A stretch of DNA of 64,000 bases, from contig JBBCAX010000084.1 in the NCBI GenBank assembly GCA_051382335.1, positions 23,206-87,205 of the forward strand. Direction: 5' to 3'. The notes beneath the pieces are model-generated. The model was not told the DNA's origin. It was given only the letters and a program-made list of their open reading frames with translations, and did not search any database. The stretch is from Deltaproteobacteria bacterium TL4 (lineage in GTDB: Bacteria > SAR324 > NAC60-12). The position numbers and the translations under genes were made by a program. Every line of letters starts with the position of its first letter. Within the stretch, counting starts at the first letter, position 1. Positions 36,813-44,865 of the stretch are shown one piece after another.

Positions 36813-37440
36813 AAGACTCCTTTAAATTAAACTAAGGTGATACTGAACTGCTCTTATAACTTGAGTTTCTATTTGACGACCCTTCTTAAAACCGGAACGG
36901 TATATTAAGGTAGCCCGGGTAACCCACTCAAGTTGAACCGGGTGTGATTCAAAACTACTTACATTTGCTTGACAGGAGCGCAACCGAAGCTGGATTTATT
37001 TTCGTTGCTTGCCTATTCCTTCTAAAAAACGCCTGGATCATAAGTATTCTGTCACAAAAGAGCAATAATAATGGAAATAACAAATTTGCCATTAAAAAAC
37101 AAGCAACGCTACTCCAATGAAGTCTTATGAACAAGTCATTTTGAACAGTTTTTTGCAAAGATTCTTAAAAAAACAAGGTTTCTACTTCGATCTGGTACTA
37201 TTTTGAGGTTATCCCTTAATACGCTTATTTTATTAAGCATTATGACCTTAAGGGCCTTATTTGAGGAGCTTTAATTGATTTCTGAAGTCTTGGAAATAAG
37301 AAGTGTCTTGCAGGACATTAAGTTAAGAGGTATAACTCCACCGTTCATTAGACGTCGCTATTAATCCGTCGTACCAACTTGAAAGTGGTGCGGGTGTGGT
37401 ATCTATATTAATACATTGAACACCTAAAAATTTAATTTTA

Positions 37441-37628
37441 TAGACGTTCATTTAAATAAATTCATTTGAGTCTAACCCGACTGTGGAGTGCCAAAGCTTG
37501 CTTTGGCCAAATCCAAAGAAAGGCCTTCGCCTTTCTGGCCAAAGCAAGCTTTGGCACTCCTGAAACAGTGTTGTTTAAACGGATCTCGCAATAGGATGGT
37601 TTTCTGAATTTATTTAAATGAACATCTA
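37441..37628. repeat. 188-bp triple-nested palindromic element, TA-flanked (MITE-like or structured RNA)
   Basis: The outer 24-nt inverted repeat (37441-37464 / 37605-37628) is 23/24 complementary. The inner 25-nt inverted repeat (37485-37509 / 37536-37560) is perfect. A central hairpin AGAAAGGC-cttc-GCCTTTCT lies at 37517-37536. TA is on both flanks. Confidence 0.8.
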
Positions 37629-37980
37629 TAGTTCAACAAAATGTAACGGGTCAATCGAGGAAACACACGAAAAGCATTAAAATGAATAGCGACAATAGAC
37701 GTTAAAATTTAGGAGGTTGTTGAGATTTTGGATTTGGCGCAAAGATAAATTATTCGCTCATATACGTTTTGAAGTAAGGCCTCCGAATTGAAATCAAAGC
37801 CAGAAAGAAGGCCTTCACCTCAAAACGAATGGGGCGCGGTTTTTAGGAACCGGATCAAGGTTCCCAATGTAGCTAGTCTGAAAAGGTACTAAGGGGTCAG
37901 AATATTCAATTAAAAATGAATAAAACAAGTTAGTATTTTTTGCTGAAGCTGCTTTTTTTAACCAATAGTGAGATTACTAT

Positions 37981-38199
37981 ATGAGTGCAGTTTCCATGGA
38001 TCGTATCTTCAAGGATATCAATAGATATCAGCGAGAATGGCAAAGTTATAAGAAGAGCTTATTTGCCGTTGATTTAGGGTGGATCCAGCGCAATTACGCG
38101 GAAGCTCCCAATGAAGAAACGAAACAGGTAATGGCAACGAGAGCGCATTATTATCATCGTTTGGTCGAAGGTTTTGAATTTCTCGCAGAAGTAAGTTAG
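37981..38199 (+). CDS. Hypothetical small protein (weak call)
   Basis: 72-aa ATG ORF in the AT-rich gap, convergent with the ParB-like gene. No clear RBS and no recognisable motif. Confidence 0.3.
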   Translation: MSAVSMDRIFKDINRYQREWQSYKKSLFAVDLGWIQRNYAEAPNEETKQVMATRAHYYHRLVEGFEFLAEVS

Positions 38200-38234
38200 C
38201 CGTTCAGGAACGGATCACGCCAGCAAGCAGGGGT

Positions 38235-39023
38235 CTACACCATCACCGCTTCGTTCAGAAGTTCAACCAACTCCGACAGTGCTCCTTTGGAAAAGTTTCC
38301 AATAATCAGTTCCGATGTTGCTTTTGCGTCGTCTATGGGAACTTTGAAATATTTATGACGTTTCATTTTTTCTTCACGCTCTTCTTCGTCAAACTGTACC
38401 AGCCCTTTCAGTTCAGCTTCTTCCAAGGCTTTTTGAATGCTGCGTTTATTGAGCGTATGACGTAGCTCCTTTGCTTCCGCCTCCTTGCCTTCAGCTTCTA
38501 ACTGATCAATGGCATCAATAACTTTCTCTGAACGTTCTGCCGTTTTACGTCTCATTTTTAATTTTGAGGCTGCGATTTCCTTGAGTTCCTCTTCGACTTC
38601 CAGGCTGAGATCTTCCCGGTTATGATTGGGCTCAGATTCTGGGGGCTGAGCGTCTCGAATTGCCTGTTGATTGATTCTGGCTTTTTCTTCTTCAATTCGC
38701 TTCAACTCCTTAAATTCTCTGGCTTTTTCTTCATTGGTTTTTTCCCGCTGACGATTAGACTCAATCACAAACTCTCTAATGTCCAGGTCATCGGAAATGG
38801 CACAAACCGATACGGGAACTTTCGTCATCCCAAGTTCCTTTGCGGCAATGTAGCGAGAGTGACCACTAATGATCAATCCCTCCCTGGTGACAATAATGGG
38901 GTTAAGGATTCCTTTTTTGCGGATACTTTCCAGCAACTCCTGATTCAGCGTTCCATCATAAATGGCATAATTTAAAGGATGGGGGGATAATTCTTCAATA
39001 CTTTTTTCCATGGAGCTTCTCAT
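38235..39023 (-). CDS. ParB/Srx-fold (ParB-like nuclease domain) protein with a highly charged helical C-terminal half
   Basis: LSPHPLNYAIYDG...LLESIRKKGILNPIIVTREGLIISGHSRYIAAKELGMTKVPV is the ParB N-terminal domain pattern. The rest is E/K/R-rich, and I see no HTH. Confidence 0.7.
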   Translation of the reverse strand: MRSSMEKSIEELSPHPLNYAIYDGTLNQELLESIRKKGILNPIIVTREGLIISGHSRYIAAKELGMTKVPVSVCAISDDLDIREFVIESNRQREKTNEEKAREFKELKRIEEEKARINQQAIRDAQPPESEPNHNREDLSLEVEEELKEIAASKLKMRRKTAERSEKVIDAIDQLEAEGKEAEAKELRHTLNKRSIQKALEEAELKGLVQFDEEEREEKMKRHKYFKVPIDDAKATSELIIGNFSKGALSELVELLNEAVMV

Positions 39024-39075
39024 AATGTAATGGGGTTAAGATTCACCGGAGTGAGTTGGCTTTGGGTTACAAACG

Positions 39076-41505
39076 TTATAACAAATGATAAGGATCGATA
39101 TCAACACTGATCCGGTCCTGGGCTCTCAGCATAAAGGGATCCGGTCCTGACAAGGCGTGATTGAGAACCTGGTGTAAATATTTTACATGGCTTGCTTTCA
39201 AGAGGATCATCCAGCGAAAACGGTTTTTGATCCGTTTGATGGGTGCTTCCACAGGCCCCAAACAAGTGATGGGGAGGTTGGATGCCGTTTTGAGATTGTC
39301 AAAAAATTGGTGTGCTAAGCCTTCCGCTCGAAGTTCCTGGTCACTACTAAAGATCAATGAAGCCAGGTTTAAGTAGGGGGGCCATTTTAATTGGTTTCGC
39401 ATTTCCAATTCAGCGTCACGAAACCCGACAAAATCGTGCTTGTAAGCGCATTGCAAACTATGGTGCTCCGGGTTGTAGGTTTGAATCAGCACTTCGCCCG
39501 GTTTGCTTCCTCTTCCAGCTCTTCCTGTCACTTGAGTAATCAATTGGTAAGTTCGTTCCGCGGCTCGGAAATCAGGAATATTTAAGGAGATATCCGCAAG
39601 GATGACACCCACAAACGTGATATTGGGGAAGTCATGTCCTTTGGTGACCAGTTGGGTACCAATGATAATGTCAACCTTATGCTCTTTTATTTTCTGTAAC
39701 ATCCTCGAAAGAGCGTGTTTTCCATGTAAGGTGTCTCGATCCATTCTCAGTAGACGCGCTTCAGGGAACATCTCTTTCAACTCTTTTTCAACCTGTTCTG
39801 TTCCAACCCCCAAGATTTTGAGCGGTTTTTTGGACCCACAGTGCACGCATGTTTGGGGCATCGGTGTTTGATAATCGCACTGGTGACATTTCAACATACT
39901 CACACTTTGATGAAACACCAGACTCAGACTACAATTTTTACAGGTTATGATTTCTTCACAAACTTCACATTGGGCAAGACTGGCGTATCCGCGGCGGTTT
40001 AAAAAAACGATGCTCTGTTCTTTTTGAAGTAGACGCTTTCTTAAGGCCTCCACCAGAGGTTTGGTGAATAAAGCTTTTCCTTTTTGACGTGGAACTTGTT
40101 TCAGATTGAGTAATTTCACTTCAGGCATTGTCGCCTGCATCACCCGTTTGGGAAGCAACAGTTGTGTGAATTTTCCTTTTTGAATGTTATGACAGGCTTC
40201 CAGGGAGGGCGTCGCCGATCCTAACACGACTGTGGCTTTGGCGGTATATCCCCGATAGACCGCGATATCCCTTCCCTGGTAACGAGGCGTTTCTTCCTGT
40301 TTGTAGGAAGAGTCATGTTCTTCATCCACAACAATGAGTCCAATATTTTCTAAAGGAGCAAAGATCGCGCTACGTGCTCCTACTACGATGGGGGCGTCAC
40401 CTTGATGGATTTTAGTCCACTCGTCAAAACGCTCACCATCGTCCATTCCGCTATGTAAAACCGCCACTTGATCGCCGAAACGTGAACGGAAATGATTTAC
40501 CAGTTGAGGCGTTAGCGCAATTTCTGGAACCAGAATCAGACTGGTTTTTCCCTGTTCCAGGGCTGCGCGGACGGCATGTAAATAAACTTCTGTTTTTCCA
40601 CTTCCTGTCACTCCATTCAATAAAAACGTCTGATATTGTCCCTGTTGTAATGATTGATTAATCGCGTCATAGGCGCTTTCCTGTTCGGGGGATAACTGCT
40701 GAAAGGGGATGATCTCTGGCAACGTTCCGTCAAGAAATCGTCGATAGATCCTTTTTTGAAATATTTCAGCATAGCCTTCGTCACACAATTGACGTAAGGG
40801 AGTGGCAGGGGTTGGAACTTTATCCTTCAGTTCCGTAAATGAGATTTGCTGGTTTTCCCGCAAAACTTCTAAAATCAAATCCCGTTTTATTTTTTTACGA
40901 GAGGTCGTCACCTTATATTTTTCAGGAAGCTTGAGCAAACGAACCCATCGTTCCATTTTGGGTGTGATTTTACTGCCTAATAACTTGGAATGAGGAACTA
41001 TTATTTTTTTGCGAATCCAGCCTCTAAGGGCACGTTCATCTTGAAGGGTTGGTTTGTGTTTCTTCCATTCCTGATCGGTCCACGTGTTTTGCTTTTCAAG
41101 CAATTGTTGTATGTTGGGGCTGAGTTCGTATTTTTCACTCCCTGCGGAAAGGCTTCCCGTTGTAGTATAAATGGATTGCAGTTTCACATTAAACCCTCCT
41201 GGAATCGCACTATTCAAGACTTCCCCCCAAGAACAATAGTAGTACATGGAAACCCAATGTGTAAACTGGAGTATGGCTTCAGAAAACAACGGCAAATCGT
41301 CAAAAATACTTTCCACTTCCTTCAGTTTTTCAAAGGCGGATTCCGCTTTGATTTTGACCACAATCGCACTTTTTTTTTGGGCACCAAACGGAACAAATAC
41401 GCGTATCCCCTCCTGCGGTTCCTGAGATAGACGCTCTGGCCAGAGATAGTCAAAGGTTTGCCGTAGAGGCAGGTTCAGCGCAACTTCAACAATCATGGTA
41501 TTCAC
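39076..41505 (-). CDS. priA: Primosomal protein N' (replication restart helicase PriA)
   Basis: Walker A GVTGSGKTEVY, DEEH box VVDEEHDSSYKQ, a Cys-rich zinc insertion (CEVCEEIITCKNC..CHQCDY..CVHCGS) and an 809-aa length. Confidence 0.95.
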   Translation of the reverse strand: MNTMIVEVALNLPLRQTFDYLWPERLSQEPQEGIRVFVPFGAQKKSAIVVKIKAESAFEKLKEVESIFDDLPLFSEAILQFTHWVSMYYYCSWGEVLNSAIPGGFNVKLQSIYTTTGSLSAGSEKYELSPNIQQLLEKQNTWTDQEWKKHKPTLQDERALRGWIRKKIIVPHSKLLGSKITPKMERWVRLLKLPEKYKVTTSRKKIKRDLILEVLRENQQISFTELKDKVPTPATPLRQLCDEGYAEIFQKRIYRRFLDGTLPEIIPFQQLSPEQESAYDAINQSLQQGQYQTFLLNGVTGSGKTEVYLHAVRAALEQGKTSLILVPEIALTPQLVNHFRSRFGDQVAVLHSGMDDGERFDEWTKIHQGDAPIVVGARSAIFAPLENIGLIVVDEEHDSSYKQEETPRYQGRDIAVYRGYTAKATVVLGSATPSLEACHNIQKGKFTQLLLPKRVMQATMPEVKLLNLKQVPRQKGKALFTKPLVEALRKRLLQKEQSIVFLNRRGYASLAQCEVCEEIITCKNCSLSLVFHQSVSMLKCHQCDYQTPMPQTCVHCGSKKPLKILGVGTEQVEKELKEMFPEARLLRMDRDTLHGKHALSRMLQKIKEHKVDIIIGTQLVTKGHDFPNITFVGVILADISLNIPDFRAAERTYQLITQVTGRAGRGSKPGEVLIQTYNPEHHSLQCAYKHDFVGFRDAELEMRNQLKWPPYLNLASLIFSSDQELRAEGLAHQFFDNLKTASNLPITCLGPVEAPIKRIKNRFRWMILLKASHVKYLHQVLNHALSGPDPFMLRAQDRISVDIDPYHLL

Positions 41506-43909
41506 CTTGGTTTTTAGGCTTTGCTTTCAGATAGATCAAAGGGTGCTTGGAAGTATTGCGAATGGTGTAATTTTTCATGGAAATCGGAAGAAACACACTT
41601 TCCTCAGGACAGAGTTCGGTTTTTTCTCCTTGGCGTGTTTGAAGTTCGGCCCCTGGCGTTACCGCAATCAACAGGTGATATGCCGAGTCCATGGCTTCCT
41701 GAAGTTGAGCTCCTGGTTGAAGGGTAATGCGATCCGTTGTAAAATCGGGAAAGTCCACAAAGCGTTCATTGCGTCGAGTTTCTGTGTGTTCCAATAACTG
41801 TAACTCAGGAAGCTGATAGACTTCTGGTGTCATTAAAGACAACGCTTTCTCCGTATCCCAGTGATTCTGGGTGAGTACCTTTTGAGCATACATCACAATC
41901 ATGCGTTCATAATGGGGTGTTTGAAATTCGATAACCTTGATGCCATGCTGTAATGAATGCATTTGATAGGCGGGAAACGTAATCACATCGCCTACTTCAA
42001 CAGAACATTCACCAACAAACCGGTTGGCCTTTTCCCTCAGTTGCCTTTCCTGTTCTGCTAACGGCGCAGGAATCTCCTGCAGGAGTTTTTTCATAACATC
42101 GGGCGCCACAGGACTTTGTAGGGGAAGGCCTTGAATCTTTTTGGCATGATCCAACTGCTGATCAATCTGGTTCCGGAGTATGTGATAGTCTTCAATACTT
42201 TGCTGAAAATCCCGAAAGAAGGGGCCCTTCCAGGAATCGCCATACCGCTGCTGGTATTCGTGCATGCGCTCGTCATTCAAGCCCGCTTTAATCACACCTT
42301 TCCCATCGGGCCATGCCTGAGAGTCCACCTCAATCACCACGTAAACCTCCCATTTTTTTCCATGTATTTCCAGGTAGAGATCTCCTAAAATTGGATCGGG
42401 AACCGGATTCAAGGTTTTAAGCAAGATCAGTTCTTCAGCGTGCTCCTTGAGTACCGCACTTCGAAACAGGGACAAAGCATAAGGCAATTCTGTTTTTCCA
42501 GTGGCTGATTTAACTTCACAGACTCCACGATTCTCCACGCCTGTATACCAACCTTCATAACCCCAAGGTTTTTCAATTTTCAAAAGACCCAGGAAAAACC
42601 ATTTTTCAGGATTAAGCATGGCGGCCTGTTGTTTTTCTGCAATCAGTTTCAGTGCGTCACTAGCATGTTTGAAAATTTGGTTTCTGAGCCACGCTACCGC
42701 CACTTCGCTCTTCCAGGCACAACCTTCAATTTTTTTGGTTTTGAGTTCGTAATGAAAAAATTCCTGGCAAGTTTGCAGGATAGGTGGGGTTTTCCAGCGT
42801 TCCTGCCGTTGTCGCTGAAGCAGCACATACCCATCATTAACCTGGTACCGCTCCAACGATTCAAAAACCGAATCCGCAAGGTTAGCTCCGTCAACCTCGT
42901 TATGGATTTCAACTTCCAATGAAAGAGACCAGAAAACCGTATCATGAATGACCTCTGGAGCGATCGCGTGGTTTTTCCACCAGCAGGAAACGGTGTCAGT
43001 CATAGTTTGAGGAATGCAGGTTGAGTCATATAATTCCGGTTTTAGCGTGTAATGCTGAAGGGCTTTCACGGTTTCAGGTGCCTGGGGTGAAAGCAGGCTT
43101 GAAATCGTATCCACTTCTGTTTGCGGTAACCTGTAGGGAGAAATGAATTCCACAGAAATCTCACTTTGAGTGGTGCTGAGTCGGTATTCTGTATCCAAAG
43201 ACTGTGTCAGTTTTTTTGCCGCATATTGATTAGGATTGATGAGGGTCGTATGGGGATATCCCAGCTCAGAGCAAGCCTTCTTGAAAAGATCGGCACGATA
43301 ACCATAATGGGTACATCCCAGTAAGATCAACAGCTGACAGTTTTTTGAAAGGGGAACACGTTGCAGTGCGTTTTGAACATGAGCAAGAATGCATTCGTAA
43401 ACCTTCACCCCCGATAAATCATTGGAGATCATGGTTGCTAAACCAGGACATGCCTCTGAAATAATGGGCAGTGTGACATTTTTTTCCACTAAAGCGATCT
43501 CATATATTCTGGCTGTAATCGTGGTTTCTGTGGCAAAAACCAAAAGAACCTCCGGGTTTTGTGAGACAGGGATCCTTTGAACACCTTCAACACCCAGAGG
43601 AATGATCCCCTGGACCAACACAGGCAGTTCGGGTTTAAAGTCAATCTCCGGTAATAAGGCGGATAAGGTGTTGCACGCGACAAAAATCAGGTTGGGGTTA
43701 TAACATCGATACATGTTCCAAAGAATGTGGGTGAAGGTGGCCAACTTTTGAGCTTTTGAACTCATTGTATTGTACCCAAAAGCCTCTGAAGGGGCCGCGT
43801 TAACATACTTGATCGAAACACCTCCAACCTTTTGGAGTTGAAGTTCTTGCACCAACGCAGCGCAGATGGAGAGTCCGCCAAAACCTGAGTCTGTAATTAT
43901 TATCGTCAT
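41486..43909 (-). CDS. Fusion protein: N-terminal Asp/Glu (MurI-like) racemase domain plus C-terminal PMI-type cupin module
   Basis: N-terminus: ITDSGFGGLS, VACNTLSA and LGCTHYGY, so both racemase Cys motifs are present. C-terminus: IEKPWGYEGW, LILLKTLN..LYLEIHGKKWEVYVV and FPAYQMHSLQHGIKVIEFQTPHYER resemble type I phosphomannose isomerase blocks. The 3' end overlaps priA by 20 nt. Confidence 0.7.
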   Translation of the reverse strand: MTIIITDSGFGGLSICAALVQELQLQKVGGVSIKYVNAAPSEAFGYNTMSSKAQKLATFTHILWNMYRCYNPNLIFVACNTLSALLPEIDFKPELPVLVQGIIPLGVEGVQRIPVSQNPEVLLVFATETTITARIYEIALVEKNVTLPIISEACPGLATMISNDLSGVKVYECILAHVQNALQRVPLSKNCQLLILLGCTHYGYRADLFKKACSELGYPHTTLINPNQYAAKKLTQSLDTEYRLSTTQSEISVEFISPYRLPQTEVDTISSLLSPQAPETVKALQHYTLKPELYDSTCIPQTMTDTVSCWWKNHAIAPEVIHDTVFWSLSLEVEIHNEVDGANLADSVFESLERYQVNDGYVLLQRQRQERWKTPPILQTCQEFFHYELKTKKIEGCAWKSEVAVAWLRNQIFKHASDALKLIAEKQQAAMLNPEKWFFLGLLKIEKPWGYEGWYTGVENRGVCEVKSATGKTELPYALSLFRSAVLKEHAEELILLKTLNPVPDPILGDLYLEIHGKKWEVYVVIEVDSQAWPDGKGVIKAGLNDERMHEYQQRYGDSWKGPFFRDFQQSIEDYHILRNQIDQQLDHAKKIQGLPLQSPVAPDVMKKLLQEIPAPLAEQERQLREKANRFVGECSVEVGDVITFPAYQMHSLQHGIKVIEFQTPHYERMIVMYAQKVLTQNHWDTEKALSLMTPEVYQLPELQLLEHTETRRNERFVDFPDFTTDRITLQPGAQLQEAMDSAYHLLIAVTPGAELQTRQGEKTELCPEESVFLPISMKNYTIRNTSKHPLIYLKAKPKNQGEYHDC

Positions 43910-44062
43910 AAAATCATTTCATCATTTTTAGGAGGGGCTTACTTCATAGCTATTTCACAGTCTGCCTAATGTATTTTTTACAGGATGATAGATCAAGGCG
44001 GATTTTATGCGATGGGGGGAAGACAGAGAGAAGGACTTGTCTTGTTGGAATACGGAAAATGG

Positions 44063-44452
44063 TCAGTCCGCAGGAGTGTCCGGGAAAAAATACAGGTAGC
44101 ATGAATCTTCTTCTGTAATATATTTTTCAATTTCTTTAACTAAAGCAGGATCGATGATTTCATCCAATTGAATTCCAACATACCACCCTTCTTCAGCATG
44201 TCTGATCCATCGCACATAGCCCTCTCGACTCCAGACTTCTCTTAGTCCGGAAATGCCCTTGAATTTCTCGATATGAAACCTCACTCTAAGTGAAGTTTCC
44301 TCAGCCTCAATCGGGATTCTGCTGAGAATTTGCAAACCATGCGCAGACCAATCCAACACCACCCCTCTCGCAAAATGACGATTAATGGTGAGGGATAGAC
44401 GATGGCAATAAGCATGTCTTTGCTCGATTCTGTTTTCAGAAGAGGTACTCAT
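44063..44452 (-). CDS. PilZ-domain protein (putative c-di-GMP receptor)
   Basis: An RxxxR-like RIEQR, followed about 20 aa later by D-x-S-x-x-G (LDWSAHGL), then a GYVRW..GWYVGIQL strand pattern. Confidence 0.55.
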   Translation of the reverse strand: MSTSSENRIEQRHAYCHRLSLTINRHFARGVVLDWSAHGLQILSRIPIEAEETSLRVRFHIEKFKGISGLREVWSREGYVRWIRHAEEGWYVGIQLDEIIDPALVKEIEKYITEEDSCYLYFFPDTPAD

Positions 44453-44548
44453 GAAGGCTCCTCAATATATGCCTAAAAAAGAAAATCATTACCGATCTCT
44501 TATCTATACATAAAATACCCCCTATGAAAAAGAATTATTTAAAAAACA

Positions 44549-44857
44549 TTAATTTAAAAATTTTCCGCTCAGCCAATCCGAGACAACACCTTGATGACGT
44601 CGCACATCAAGATGGATGATTTCGTAGGTGGCAAGCCCTCGCTGATGAAAAGGATCCCCTTCAATGAATTGTTGAACGGCACCGTCATTCGCCGCTCTCA
44701 TGATAATAACGCCTCCCTTTTGAGTAGACTGCATTCCGGATAGCAAGATATCCCCTTGGCGATCATAGGGCTCCAAATAGTCTCGATGAGCTGGTACGGC
44801 TTCCATGATTTTTTCAACAGGGACCTGGTAAGTTAACAGAAGGATGTAAACGTTCAT
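44549..44857 (-). CDS. YciI-family protein
   Basis: 102 aa. The layout VYILLLTY...HRDYL......G.ILLSG......GGVIIM.A.....V..FIEGDPF...GL is YciI-like. It starts 8 nt after the upstream phosphatase gene. Confidence 0.7.
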   Translation of the reverse strand: MNVYILLLTYQVPVEKIMEAVPAHRDYLEPYDRQGDILLSGMQSTQKGGVIIMRAANDGAVQQFIEGDPFHQRGLATYEIIHLDVRRHQGVVSDWLSGKFLN

Positions 44858-44865
44858 ATCAATTC

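Noticed and set aside
36955-37158. 67-aa minus-strand ORF with a hydrophobic stretch in the AT-rich gap.
   Set aside because: It has no RBS and AT-driven composition (Phe/Leu/Lys/Asn-rich), and no recognisable motif. It is most likely spurious. I kept only the slightly better 37981-38199 ORF, at low confidence.
36813-38234. AT-rich gap next to a ParB-like gene as a possible replication origin or parS/dif region.
   Set aside because: I found no TTATCCACA-type DnaA boxes, no dnaA, dnaN or parA nearby, and no convincing dif-like 28-mer. The ParB-like protein lacks the HTH of chromosomal ParB.
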